Assembly (NCBI GenBank): GCA_051251855.1
Contig: JBPOGI010000001.1
Span: forward strand, 768,001-832,000
Length of the DNA stretch: 64,000 nt
Source of the DNA: Roseibacillus sp.
GTDB lineage: Bacteria > Verrucomicrobiota > Verrucomicrobiia > Verrucomicrobiales > Akkermansiaceae
Direction of reading: 5' to 3'
Shown here: piece by piece, positions 48,677-60,947 of the stretch
Position numbering within the stretch: position 1 is the stretch's first letter
How the letters are laid out: each line of letters begins with the position of its first letter
Made by a program: the position numbers and the translations under genes
Notes under the pieces: generated by a model
Told to the model about the DNA's origin: nothing
Databases searched by the model: none
What the model saw: only the letters and a program-made list of their open reading frames with translations

Positions 48677-48705
48677 GATTTACGAGGGGAGGGGCCTTTT
48701 GTCAA
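48677..48705 (-). promoter_or_regulatory. Putative sigma70 promoter of rpsB-tsf
   Basis: TTGACA-N17-TAAATC followed by a GC-rich discriminator (CGCCGCCCC). Confidence 0.55.
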
Positions 48706-48728
48706 TAATGGGATTGCGAAATTAGAGT

Positions 48729-48989
48729 CTATTCCGTCACCCAATCGTCTTCGAAATCGTCATTTCGACGTGCAACGCCGACTCCGCGCCCCTTCATGAG
48801 CTTGCGGTGCTTAGTGACGCGGCCCGTGACCCGCTTCCGCCAGAGTCGGAAGCTTCTCGCACGGAGTGAGTTACGCATCACTTTAATGACCTCGGCTTCG
48901 GTGAATCCGGTGCGTTGCTCGATTTCCTCGAAAGTGGTGCGGTCTTCCCAAGCCATTCGGATGATGCGGTCGCGCTCTGCGTCAGTCAT
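48729..48989 (-). CDS. TIGR03643-family small conserved protein
   Basis: RIIRMAWEDRTTFE...EVIKVMR...SFRLWRKRVTGR..KH. Confidence 0.85.
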   Translation of the reverse strand: MTDAERDRIIRMAWEDRTTFEEIEQRTGFTEAEVIKVMRNSLRARSFRLWRKRVTGRVTKHRKLMKGRGVGVARRNDDFEDDWVTE

Positions 48990-49197
48990 GGAAGCAAGGT
49001 TCTGCTATTTTGCCAAAAGTCCAATGATTCGGTTTCTTACACACCTGTCAGCTTGTCGGATTCCGCAAGGGGTTTTCTTCTTAAAATACTATTAAGACAG
49101 GAATTACTGTTCTTTCGAAAAAAAATGAACTTTTCCAGCGACAAGGCGGAGAAGTGGTGTTCCTTGATCCGTCTCTTCGACGAAGAGATAAACTCAA

Positions 49198-49737
49198 ATG
49201 ACTATGAAAATGAAAACGATTCCCACATTGGCCGCCACTTTAGGACTTGCACTTGTTAGCCCCGCCTTCGCTGACCATCATAAAGAAGACAAGAAAGAGG
49301 AAGCTGCGGCTGAAACAAAAGAGATGCCTGCAACGATTGTCGCAGCTGCGGCAGGCAACGAAGATTTCTCGACCTTAGTTGCGGCTGTGAAAGCAGCCGG
49401 TTTGGTTGAGACCTTGTCTGGAGAGGGTCCTTTCACGGTTTTCGCTCCTACTAACGCAGCTTTCGAGAAATTGCCCGAGGGCACGGTCGAGACTCTCTTA
49501 AAGCCTGAGAACAAGGAGAAGCTCATCAGTATTCTGACCTACCACGTTGTGGCTGGTAAAGTGATGGCGGCAGACGTGAAGACTATGGATGTGAAGACCG
49601 TGCAAGGAACGGAAGCTTCGGTGAAAGTCGCGGACGGTAAAGTGACTATCGACAAAGCGAACGTGGTTGCAACGGATGTTGAGACCGGTAACGGAGTGAT
49701 TCACGTGATTGATACCGTGATCATGCCCGCTGAGTAA
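49198..49737 (+). CDS. Secreted fasciclin (FAS1) domain protein
   Basis: [34 protein letters not shown]; several nearby ATGs, so the exact start is uncertain. Confidence 0.93.
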   Translation: MTMKMKTIPTLAATLGLALVSPAFADHHKEDKKEEAAAETKEMPATIVAAAAGNEDFSTLVAAVKAAGLVETLSGEGPFTVFAPTNAAFEKLPEGTVETLLKPENKEKLISILTYHVVAGKVMAADVKTMDVKTVQGTEASVKVADGKVTIDKANVVATDVETGNGVIHVIDTVIMPAE

Positions 49738-49760
49738 GTTTCTCTGCGAAATTTTTTACC

Positions 49761-49795
49761 AAGCCCTTGCTGATTTCGGTCGGCAGGGCTTTTTT
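49761..49795 (+). terminator. Intrinsic terminator after the fasciclin gene
   Basis: AAGCCC(T)TGCTGA...TCGGCAGGGCTT followed by a T run. Confidence 0.75.
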
Positions 49796-49890
49796 GTGTT
49801 TAGTGGTGCCACTCTCGTAGGACGAGGAGGGCTGATTCATCGAGAATCTCTGTAACAAATAAGACCTTTTGCTAAATTAGAGGATGACGC

Positions 49891-50640
49891 ATGATTTTAT
49901 CAACGATGTCGGAAAGCCCTCAGCGCGCGCTCTTTCAAACCACTCAATGGTCGATGGTGGTAAGGGCGGCCGATGATTCAAAGGATTCCCTAGAGGAGTT
50001 ATGCCAGCAGTATTGGCTCCCGGTCTATGGGGTGGCGAGGAGGGCCGGATATGGCGTCGAGGAGGCCAAGGATTTGACGCAGGGATTCTTCAGTAAGTTG
50101 CTTGAAAAAGGATGGCTGGAGTCGGTGGATTCTGCCAAGGGACGGTTTCGAACGTTTTTGGTCACGGCCTTCAAGCGCTATATGGTGGGGGAGTGGCATC
50201 GTGATCACGCGGCTAAGCGAGGAGGACTCAATGAGGCCGTGCCGTTGGATGATGGGTTGGCTGAGCGGCTCTATTTGCAGGACGAGGCTCTGCGTTCATC
50301 GCCGGAGGCTCTCTTTGATCGCCGCTGGGCTTTGACTCTCTTGGATTTGGCAATGAAGCACTTGGAAGAAGAGTATCGCGTAGGTGATCGCCAGTCTGAG
50401 TTTCGCGTGTTGAAGCCCTGTCTCACGGCTGGTCGAGGCGAGATTGACTACGGGGCTCTCGCTCTGGATTTGAGCTTTAGCGAAGGGACTGCTCGGGTAG
50501 CGGTGCATCGCCTTCGCAAGCGCTTTCGTTCGGTCATTCGTGAAGAAATTGCCCGCACCGTCGAGACGGAATCCGAGGTGGATGATGAGATGAGAGAACT
50601 TTTTTCAGCATTGATGCAACAACCACGACCGAAACCCTAA
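49891..50640 (+). CDS. ECF sigma factor of the Ser/Thr-kinase-associated type
   Basis: FQTTQWSMV, YWLPVY, DLTQGFF, GRFRTFL, FDRRWA, AVHRLRKR; kinase gene directly downstream. Confidence 0.9.
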   Translation: MILSTMSESPQRALFQTTQWSMVVRAADDSKDSLEELCQQYWLPVYGVARRAGYGVEEAKDLTQGFFSKLLEKGWLESVDSAKGRFRTFLVTAFKRYMVGEWHRDHAAKRGGLNEAVPLDDGLAERLYLQDEALRSSPEALFDRRWALTLLDLAMKHLEEEYRVGDRQSEFRVLKPCLTAGRGEIDYGALALDLSFSEGTARVAVHRLRKRFRSVIREEIARTVETESEVDDEMRELFSALMQQPRPKP

Positions 50641-50649
50641 TCTACTGAT

Positions 50650-52167
50650 ATGACTGAGACTTCACCCACCCATTGCAAGCGCTGCGAGTCGCTATCGCCC
50701 GAGACGGTGGGTGGACTGTGCCCGCGCTGTTTGATGGCGTTGAATTTTGACTCACAAACCATGCCTCAAGGCGAAGGCTTGCCGCCACAGAAGGAGGCTC
50801 TCCCTCCAGAGGAGATCGCGGATAAATTTCCGCAGTTCGAAATTCTCGAGTGTCTTGGCCGCGGTGGGATGGGTGTGGTCTACAAGGCTCGCCAAAAATC
50901 TCTCAACCGCCTCGTTGCCATCAAGATTTTGGCTCCCGAGCGTGAAAGTGAATCTCACTTCTCAGAACGCTTCGCTCATGAGGCAGAGCTCCTTGCCAAA
51001 CTCAATCATCCTCACATCGTCACCATTCATGACTTTGGTGAAACCGACGGGCTCTACTATCTCGTGATGGAATACGTCGATGGGGTCAATTTGCGGGACC
51101 TCTTGCGCGATGGGAAATTGGAGGCGAAGCAAGCTCTTGCGATTGTGCCACCCGTTTGCGAAGCACTGCAGTATGCGCACGACAAGGGCATCGTTCATCG
51201 TGATATCAAGCCCGAGAATCTGCTCGTGGACCGAGAAGGTGGAATCAAGATCGCAGACTTCGGGATCGCTTTTCTCGTCGGGGCGACGAGCGAGACGTCG
51301 GGCACGCCACCCTACATGGCTCCAGAGCAAGGAACCCCGTCTGAGGTGGATCATCGCGCTGATATTTATGCGCTGGGAGTTGTTCTTTACGAGATGCTGA
51401 CTGGTGAGCGTCCGACTTCACCTCTCAATTTGCCCTCTCAAAAAGTCTCCCTTGATATTCGCATCGACGACATCGTCTTACGCGCGCTGAACAAAGAACC
51501 GGAACTCCGCTATCGAACCGCGAACGAGTTTCGGACCGTGGTAGAAAACGTCACTCCCGAGACGAACGTCGCGGAGCCTCCTCCAGCTGGGGTGTCTCAA
51601 ACTGTCGCCAAGCCTATCGACCCGCGTGTAGGAAAGATTTTGGGAATCCTTCTCATTGTTCTAGGGGCTCTCAATGGTCTTTCAACTTTGGTTTCTCTCT
51701 TGGTGATTCCGGTTCTACCGCGCTTGGGTCTTGAGGGGTTTGGTCCGACAGGAACTCATGTCTTGCGAGGTTTTGGAGGGGCTCCAATGATGCTTTTATC
51801 TCCAGAGGTGCTCTTCGTCATTAGTGCTTTCTCCATCGTCTACACTCTTGTTGTCTCGACTCTTTGCATCATCGGAGGAATACAAATGTGTCAGAGGAAA
51901 TCTCGGGCTTGGGCTCTCATCGGAGCCATTGCGTGTTGTCTCACTCCGCTGTGGTGGCCGTTGGGGTTGATAGTTGGTATTGGTACCATCATTCTCTTTG
52001 TCTTGGAGAAAGACTCACTTCAACCCCTCCGTGTTGGAGGTGATGTTGGACAATCACTTGAAGCCAAAAAGCAGGGGCCACGGCTGTCTGCCATGGCTGT
52101 AGTGGCCTTTTCTTTTCAAGTTTTTTTGGTCTTCGGTCTTCTCTTATTGCTGCTCTTGAACGCTTGA
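50650..52167 (+). CDS. Hanks-type Ser/Thr protein kinase with TM region, probably C-terminally truncated
   Basis: N-terminal CxxC..CxxC, LGRGGMGVVY, VAIK, HRDIKPEN, DFG, GTPPYMAPE; ends inside a hydrophobic helix. Confidence 0.9.
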   Translation: MTETSPTHCKRCESLSPETVGGLCPRCLMALNFDSQTMPQGEGLPPQKEALPPEEIADKFPQFEILECLGRGGMGVVYKARQKSLNRLVAIKILAPERESESHFSERFAHEAELLAKLNHPHIVTIHDFGETDGLYYLVMEYVDGVNLRDLLRDGKLEAKQALAIVPPVCEALQYAHDKGIVHRDIKPENLLVDREGGIKIADFGIAFLVGATSETSGTPPYMAPEQGTPSEVDHRADIYALGVVLYEMLTGERPTSPLNLPSQKVSLDIRIDDIVLRALNKEPELRYRTANEFRTVVENVTPETNVAEPPPAGVSQTVAKPIDPRVGKILGILLIVLGALNGLSTLVSLLVIPVLPRLGLEGFGPTGTHVLRGFGGAPMMLLSPEVLFVISAFSIVYTLVVSTLCIIGGIQMCQRKSRAWALIGAIACCLTPLWWPLGLIVGIGTIILFVLEKDSLQPLRVGGDVGQSLEAKKQGPRLSAMAVVAFSFQVFLVFGLLLLLLLNA

Positions 52168-52214
52168 ACGTTGCCTAAGCCCGCCACGCCAACACTCTCT
52201 AACGACTCGATTCT

Positions 52215-52997
52215 ATGCCCTTCTTTAGTTTTTTCTTTATTTTCCTGATTCTCCTCATCCTACCCGGAATTGTGATGGGATGGATAGCCGCGGGGAATAT
52301 TCGTCGTTCCGACGGGGAACTCTACGGGATGCGACTGGCTGTCTTTGCGGCCCTCTTTGTCCCGGGGCTTTTGCTTCTCGCTCTCCCAGTTATTGCCTTT
52401 GCAATAGTCCTGCGATTTTGTAGTTTTTCGCTGAGCATGGGGGACGGGGATGCGATGCTTTGGGCTGGTCCAGCTTTCGTGACTACACTGTTTTTAAGTC
52501 TGAAGGTTTTCCAAGGCTGTCTTGCTCACTTGCTTGGAAAGGATTCGTTTCGTCAGTTGTTCGGGCTTAAGAAAAATCGTTGGGTTTTGTCCTTCCTTGT
52601 TCTCATGTGGGGGGCTCTTGGAATCATTTTTTTCCTACAGCGCCCACTCCTGGACGGTAAGGTTAGTCAAGCTGAGTCACCTAATAGAATGTTCATCGCG
52701 AAGGGCTCAACCTGGCGTCGTATGCGAATTTTTGGAAAGGACGAAACGAGCTATCGCTTCGAGATAGTAGGGCAGGGAGAGCGGTATCACCAGCGTTGGG
52801 AGGCGCCTATTCCGGTAGCGAGGCTTGCCACCGACTACGTGAACGTCCCCAATGTGAACTTTGGGGAGAAGGGGACGATTCATTGGGACGAGGAAGGAAG
52901 AAATGTTCAATTCCGAGTGAACGGACAGGAGGTCTTCAGGGCCTCAGTGGACGATTCGAATGACTTGCATGGCTCTGCTTCCGTTATCTCCCGCTAG
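52215..52997 (+). CDS. Membrane protein, probably the detached C-terminal sensor part of the kinase
   Basis: Begins with the second half of a DUF4190-like hairpin (GWIAAGNIRRSDGELYGMRLAV). Confidence 0.55.
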   Translation: MPFFSFFFIFLILLILPGIVMGWIAAGNIRRSDGELYGMRLAVFAALFVPGLLLLALPVIAFAIVLRFCSFSLSMGDGDAMLWAGPAFVTTLFLSLKVFQGCLAHLLGKDSFRQLFGLKKNRWVLSFLVLMWGALGIIFFLQRPLLDGKVSQAESPNRMFIAKGSTWRRMRIFGKDETSYRFEIVGQGERYHQRWEAPIPVARLATDYVNVPNVNFGEKGTIHWDEEGRNVQFRVNGQEVFRASVDDSNDLHGSASVISR

Positions 52998-53031
52998 CGG
53001 ATTTCAAGTTGATTGGGAAGCCGTTGTTGAA

Positions 53032-53736
53032 TCAGTGGCTCTTTGATTTTTTGTCTGACCAATGGTCCAAGACTTGGAGACAAACTTGAGTGAGGCTTTC
53101 CGCCGCGCGAGTGAGATTCGCGCTGAATTGCTCGGCCGCTGGGTGAGGAAGGTCGAAGATGTCGGTGACGACTTTGAGGCAGGTGAGTGGAATGTCGTGT
53201 TGGCGGCAGACCCAGGCGAGGGCAGAGCCTTCCATGTCTTTGAGCTGGGCACCGTTTTGGAGGAAAATCTCGAGGTCGCGCTCGGTGTGGTCGAGGGAGT
53301 TACCAGTGGAAAGAATGGCGGTGGGGAGGTTCAGTCTTTGGGCGATTTCTGCCGCGCGCTGTGAGGTGGGGTGGGCTCCTCTTCCGAATTCTTCCATTTT
53401 GGGAAGAGGGATGCGGTGGTCGTGGTTGAAGATGGTGGGAGCGATGATGAAGGCGTCGGCTATTTCTGCACCGAGGGAGGAGTGGGCGCCGCAGGTCCCT
53501 GCGTTGAACATCTCGGTGACGCCGTGGTTGGTGATGAGGTCGTGGGCGATGAGGGCGGCGGGTTCGGTGCCGATGCAATCCGCTCCAGTGGCGCGGTCTT
53601 TGCCGGAAGTGGCAATAAGGAGGTCGTCGCTTTGATAGTAGGTGCCAATGACGGGTTGGGTGGGAAGGAGCTTGGCTTGCAAGGCGTCTAGGAGTCCTTG
53701 GGCTTCGGCTTGCATGGCGATGTAGAGAGCTCGCAT
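53032..53736 (-). CDS. mtnN: 5'-methylthioadenosine/S-adenosylhomocysteine nucleosidase
   Basis: IAMQAEA, NAGTCG, HDHRIP, STGNSLD, KDMEGSA, KVVTD. Start moved to ATG 53736. Confidence 0.8.
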   Translation of the reverse strand: MRALYIAMQAEAQGLLDALQAKLLPTQPVIGTYYQSDDLLIATSGKDRATGADCIGTEPAALIAHDLITNHGVTEMFNAGTCGAHSSLGAEIADAFIIAPTIFNHDHRIPLPKMEEFGRGAHPTSQRAAEIAQRLNLPTAILSTGNSLDHTERDLEIFLQNGAQLKDMEGSALAWVCRQHDIPLTCLKVVTDIFDLPHPAAEQFSANLTRAAESLTQVCLQVLDHWSDKKSKSH

Positions 53737-53836
53737 GGATGTTCTATGGCTCTTGCGGGCTTCGGGTGCAAGGCGGATGCAATTTGGGAAGAGAATTGGA
53801 ATTGTCAGGGTCAGTAGAAATCGAGAGGCTGGTGGC

Positions 53837-55123
53837 GTGATTGTTTGGAACTGGAGAACTCGATTGGGCCTTATGCTGGGGGCTGGGATTTTGGGAGTCT
53901 TCTTTTGGTGGCTGGTTTTTTTGAGAGGGTTTGGGACGGTGGTGTTGGCCACGGGGCAAGAGGGAGGGACATACACTGTGTTGGGCGGTGGCTTTGCTGA
54001 TTTTGCAGAGGAGACAAATGCTCGCTTTCGGGTGGAGACTCTTGCGACCGAAGGCACACCTGAGAACTTAAGATTGTTAGAGGAGGAAGAAGCTGACTTC
54101 GCGATTGTGCAGAGTGGACAGGCGACTTCGGATGAGGTGCGGGTAGTGGCGAAGCTCTATTCGGAGGTTTTGCATATTTTGGTGCCTCAGAAGAGTCCGC
54201 TTTATTCGCTTTCAGAGTTGGAGGGAAAGCGGCTTTGTCTGGGGGGAGAGGGAAGTGGCAGTCGGGTGGTGAGTTTGCCGTTGTTAGAGCATTTTGGGGT
54301 TGAGGCGATAAATGAGATTCAGGTCTCTTCCAGTGAAGCTTTGAAACGATTGCGGAGGGGGGAAGTTGATGTCGTTTTTTTGGTGACAGCTTTGAATTCG
54401 AAGATGATTTGCGAAGCGGTGAGGGATGGGGAATTGCGGTTTCTGAGTTTAGGAGAATCGGTGAAGGGATTAGTGACACGTTTTCCGTTTCTGACGGAAT
54501 CATCGGTGCCGGCGATGACTTATTCCTGTCCGCCATCGAGTCAGGGAGCGATGCCTGAACTGGCGGTGAAGACCGTGGGTGTTCCTTCTCTCTTAGTCTG
54601 CCGAGATGATATTCCGGCAGAAGTGGTTTATGAAGTGACCAAGGAGTTGTTTTCGAGTCGAAACAAGTTATCGAATTTAACTCCTGAGGCTTATCAAATC
54701 GCAGAAATCACACCCACAGATTTATTACCATGGTCAGTGCATGATGGAGCGCAAAGATACTTTCGTCGTCGCGAACCAGGCTTCCTTGAGCGTTATGCCG
54801 AGGTGATGGCGTTTCTGATGTCTTTAGCCGCAGCGTCTTGGGCTATTTTTGGAGCGATTTCGAAGTGGTCTTCTCGTAAAAAGAAGAATCGGATTGATGA
54901 CTATTATCTAGAAGTAGCAGCAGCTTTTGTGCGCTTGGAGGAAGATGATCTGTCGTTGGAAAGTCTTGCCCAAGAGAGGGCTCGGCTACGCAAGCTGCGA
55001 AGTGGGGCCTTTCAAGACTTGGCGAAGGAGAAGCTCAAAGCCGATGATTCCTTCGAGATTTTCCAGAACCAAGTGGCCCTTTGTCTTGATGATGTAAGAA
55101 GGCGGGAGGAGAGGTTGAGGTAG
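53837..55123 (+). CDS. TAXI-family substrate-binding protein with extra C-terminal TM and helical tail
   Basis: LATGQEGGTY, TEGTPENL, AIVQS, LYSEVLH, GSGS, VHDGAQRYF. Start uncertain (53837 or 53873). Confidence 0.8.
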   Translation: MIVWNWRTRLGLMLGAGILGVFFWWLVFLRGFGTVVLATGQEGGTYTVLGGGFADFAEETNARFRVETLATEGTPENLRLLEEEEADFAIVQSGQATSDEVRVVAKLYSEVLHILVPQKSPLYSLSELEGKRLCLGGEGSGSRVVSLPLLEHFGVEAINEIQVSSSEALKRLRRGEVDVVFLVTALNSKMICEAVRDGELRFLSLGESVKGLVTRFPFLTESSVPAMTYSCPPSSQGAMPELAVKTVGVPSLLVCRDDIPAEVVYEVTKELFSSRNKLSNLTPEAYQIAEITPTDLLPWSVHDGAQRYFRRREPGFLERYAEVMAFLMSLAAASWAIFGAISKWSSRKKKNRIDDYYLEVAAAFVRLEEDDLSLESLAQERARLRKLRSGAFQDLAKEKLKADDSFEIFQNQVALCLDDVRRREERLR

Positions 55124-55266
55124 ATCGGGGAGATGTTCCGGGCCGGGCTCTTTTTAGAGAAGGTGAATTGAAGTTAAATAGCCAATCCTTTGAGCTGCTC
55201 TCCTGTGTCTTTTTTAGTCGTTGCCAAGTGCATTCGACGGCGTATTACTCTTAACACGTTAAATAT

Positions 55267-57729
55267 ATGGATCATTTTTGCTCTCTTCTTCGGGTGTTTT
55301 TTGTTGGAACACCTTTTTTCTTATTAACCTCAATTTTAGAGGCTGACCACTACCGCGTATATCTTATAGGCGGGCAGTCGAATGGAAATGGCCGAGGGGA
55401 TGCGGCTGAGCTTTCTGTTGCTCCCTTGGATACACTGAACCTTGCTGCGCCTCAGACTGATGTTCGATTCTATTGGCATAAGACGCAGAGTACTTCGAAT
55501 GGTAATCTTACCCAGGATACTTGGATCGATCTCCAGCCTGGCTCTGGTCATGGCGTTAACAGTCCTTCGGGACATGCGGTCGAATTCGGGTCTGAGCTGA
55601 CATTTGGACGAGCGATGGCCGACAACGATCCGTCGGTGAATATTGCTATTATCAAGTATACCCATGGCGGGACGAATCTGCATACGCAGTGGGCTGCTGG
55701 AGGAACCAATTACACTAGCTTTGTGTCCACCGTGGAAGCGGGGCTTCAGGGGCTGGAAGACGATGGCCACAGTTATGAGATGGGGGGAATGGTTTGGATT
55801 CAAGGGGAGTCTGATACCGGTGCAGCCAACGCTCCTAACTATGAGGCGAACCTGATTGATTTAATGGCTCGAGTTCGGAATGATGTTTTTGGCGGGATAT
55901 CGCCGGGTGGTTATACTCTTCCCTTTGTGATTAGTGGACTTTCTGACAGCCAATACCCGACTATCGCGACTGCAACGACCAGTGGTGCCTATATCGTGCG
56001 CCAAGCTCAAGAGACGGTTGCCGCTAACGAGCGTCAAGCTGCCTTCGTGAACACTGACGGGCTCGAGTCTTATTCGAATGGAACGATTCACTTCACCGCC
56101 TCCGCTCAGATTGCGATTGGCAATGCGAGTGCGGTTCAAATGCTGGCTCTTGAAAGCAATGATTCGGACAGGGACGGTCTTCTTTCTTCGGAAGAAACGG
56201 CTCTGACGACTGACTCAAATTTGGCGGACTCCGATGGCGATGGCCAGTTCGATGGCTTTGAAGTTGCGGCCGGAACAGATCCCGCGAGTGGAGCTTCCTT
56301 TTTCGCGATTTGCGGTATCGAAGTGCTCAATGATGAAGTGACCCTGCAGTGGCCTAGTTTGCCGGGTAATCTGTATGGAGTCGAGGTGAGCACCGATCTC
56401 CTTGAGTGGTCTGCGGTGGCGAGTGATTTCCCTGCAGCGGATCCAGAAATCCTGACGACTTGGTCTGCCACTCTCGATTCATTGACTGGTTCAGGGCCAG
56501 TTTTGGAGCCGACTCCTTTTGTTCTCTACGATGGGCAAACAGGGGGGAATGGGGACTTTAATACCATTGCTTTCGATTCGGTTGATACTGATCCTGTCTC
56601 GGTGGCAGGGCGTCTGTTTCAAGGCGGCTCTCTCACAGGCGGTGGCGCAAATTTGTTTCTGCTAAATCGCTCTCAGGATGCAGCCTACTTTGATGGGCAT
56701 AGCGATTCTGGGCTTCCTGGATTTAACTTCGGAGGCGTCAATCAAGTCGACCAAGCTGCGGCTGCGATAGCGGGTGACTTCTTTGGTTTTACGGTGTCAG
56801 CGAATGAAGAGATCTCTTATGAAGCCCTTAGTTTCTACTCCGATCAATTTGGCACCAATGGTAAGGTTGATATCAGCTACTCCATTGGTTCTGCTGCGGA
56901 GGTATTTGTCGCTCAGGGCTTGATTCCGACTGGAGGCAATGCGCCTGTCACCTTGGAGAGTATTGATTTCCCTGACTTCACAACTTCGGAGGATGTCACT
57001 TGGACCTTCTATCTCTACGCGAGTGGAGGGAATAACAACGGCATTCGTTTTGATGACATCAAGCTAGCTACCTCAAGTACGACCTCGGCAACGACCAATG
57101 TGATTTCCAACTTCACCTTTACTGGCCCTCCCTGGACAGCAGCTAAGGAAGCTGATTTCGCGACCTTCGCAGCCAATACTCCCTCGGTGGATAGCGACGC
57201 GACGAGTGTGACCTCGGACCTCTCGAATAGTGGTTACACGGGTGGGGGCTACAATTCTTTTTACATCAGAGATAGCGATGGCTTTTCGATTTTCAGCACG
57301 AGTGCGACTTCTGGCGTGGGTATGAATTTGGGTGATGCGAGCGCTGCTTCGCCAACAAACTTCATTTCCTTCGAGGTTTCTCCGGTTGCCGATCCCGTGA
57401 CTTATGGGGAACTCTCTTTCTATACGGGGGCGAATGGTGCCAGCGACACCTATGATATTGAGCTTCGAGTTTGGGATGGGACGACGGAGACAATTCTTGG
57501 ATTGGCGTCCCACACCAGTGGCTCGAGTAATGAGGCAGTTGCCTTTAAGACCATCGACTTTGTGGACTTCAGTTCCGCGGGCGCGATGGAGTTCCGAATC
57601 TATGGCTATAACGTGAATTCTGGGGGAGGAATTCGCTTCGACGATATTGTGCTCACGGGGCCAGGTGAGACTGTCACTGGTGGCGGGTCTGCGAGTTCAA
57701 TGTTCTTGCGTGTGAGACTGCAACCTTAA
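55267..57729 (+). CDS. Secreted sialate O-acetylesterase-like (SASA/SGNH) protein with DxDGDG repeats and two tandem beta-sandwich domains
   Basis: GQSN, GSELTFG, WIQGESD and IHF catalytic blocks; GIRFDDI occurs twice. Confidence 0.85.
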   Translation: MDHFCSLLRVFFVGTPFFLLTSILEADHYRVYLIGGQSNGNGRGDAAELSVAPLDTLNLAAPQTDVRFYWHKTQSTSNGNLTQDTWIDLQPGSGHGVNSPSGHAVEFGSELTFGRAMADNDPSVNIAIIKYTHGGTNLHTQWAAGGTNYTSFVSTVEAGLQGLEDDGHSYEMGGMVWIQGESDTGAANAPNYEANLIDLMARVRNDVFGGISPGGYTLPFVISGLSDSQYPTIATATTSGAYIVRQAQETVAANERQAAFVNTDGLESYSNGTIHFTASAQIAIGNASAVQMLALESNDSDRDGLLSSEETALTTDSNLADSDGDGQFDGFEVAAGTDPASGASFFAICGIEVLNDEVTLQWPSLPGNLYGVEVSTDLLEWSAVASDFPAADPEILTTWSATLDSLTGSGPVLEPTPFVLYDGQTGGNGDFNTIAFDSVDTDPVSVAGRLFQGGSLTGGGANLFLLNRSQDAAYFDGHSDSGLPGFNFGGVNQVDQAAAAIAGDFFGFTVSANEEISYEALSFYSDQFGTNGKVDISYSIGSAAEVFVAQGLIPTGGNAPVTLESIDFPDFTTSEDVTWTFYLYASGGNNNGIRFDDIKLATSSTTSATTNVISNFTFTGPPWTAAKEADFATFAANTPSVDSDATSVTSDLSNSGYTGGGYNSFYIRDSDGFSIFSTSATSGVGMNLGDASAASPTNFISFEVSPVADPVTYGELSFYTGANGASDTYDIELRVWDGTTETILGLASHTSGSSNEAVAFKTIDFVDFSSAGAMEFRIYGYNVNSGGGIRFDDIVLTGPGETVTGGGSASSMFLRVRLQP

Positions 57730-57738
57730 GATGCGCTC

Positions 57739-60498
<2,760 letters not shown>

Positions 60499-60510
60499 AA
60501 GGTTGTTCGT

Positions 60511-60560
60511 TTTTTTGACGCAGAGTCGCAGAGTTCGCGGAGGTAGACGCAGAGATTTTT
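60511..60560. repeat. Inverted repeat arm (four CGCAGAG-like units between T tracts)
   Basis: TTTTTTG ACGCAGAG TCGCAGAG TTCGCGGAG GTAGACGCAGAG ATTTTT. Confidence 0.92.
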
Positions 60561-60946
60561 TAGGAAGAGGATTTGGAGTTGATGATACGAGTGACTCCGT
60601 CTTTGAGGAGAGAGTTGTTGAAGTTAATTAAGAGGCCAAGTGGCTTGTCTGCGAGAGTGAGGTAAGTGAGAAGTTGGGCCTTGTGGATTGGAAGAACTTT
60701 GTCGATGGCTTTAAGTTCAACTACTAGAGTGTCGTTGACAAGGATGTCGATACGGTAGGCGTTTTCAATTTCGAGTCCTTTGTAGCTAAGGGGTAATAAA
60801 ACTTCTGTTTCGCAGGAAAGGCCTTGAAGCTGGAGTTCATGAGCAAGGGCCTTCTGATAGCTTGCTTCCAAGAGTCCGGGTCCTAAGATTCTGTGGACCT
60901 CTATTGCTGCTCCAATCACAGCATGCGATAACTCATTTATTTCCAT
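60560..60946 (-). CDS. GxxExxY protein (PD-(D/E)XK nuclease-like)
   Basis: [38 protein letters not shown]. Confidence 0.93.
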   Translation of the reverse strand: MEINELSHAVIGAAIEVHRILGPGLLEASYQKALAHELQLQGLSCETEVLLPLSYKGLEIENAYRIDILVNDTLVVELKAIDKVLPIHKAQLLTYLTLADKPLGLLINFNNSLLKDGVTRIINSKSSS

Positions 60947-60947
60947 T

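Noticed and set aside
48915..49259. 114-aa ORF across the intergenic region
   Set aside because: Overlaps two real genes, crosses AT-rich promoter sequence and has no recognisable motif.
49851..49880. TGTAAC as an autoregulatory ECF -35 box
   Set aside because: No convincing -10 element at the expected spacing.
60511..60560. CGCAGAG units read as a CRISPR array or a terminator
   Set aside because: Units are 8-12 nt with no spacers and no cas genes; the arm has no local hairpin and pairs only with the distant arm.
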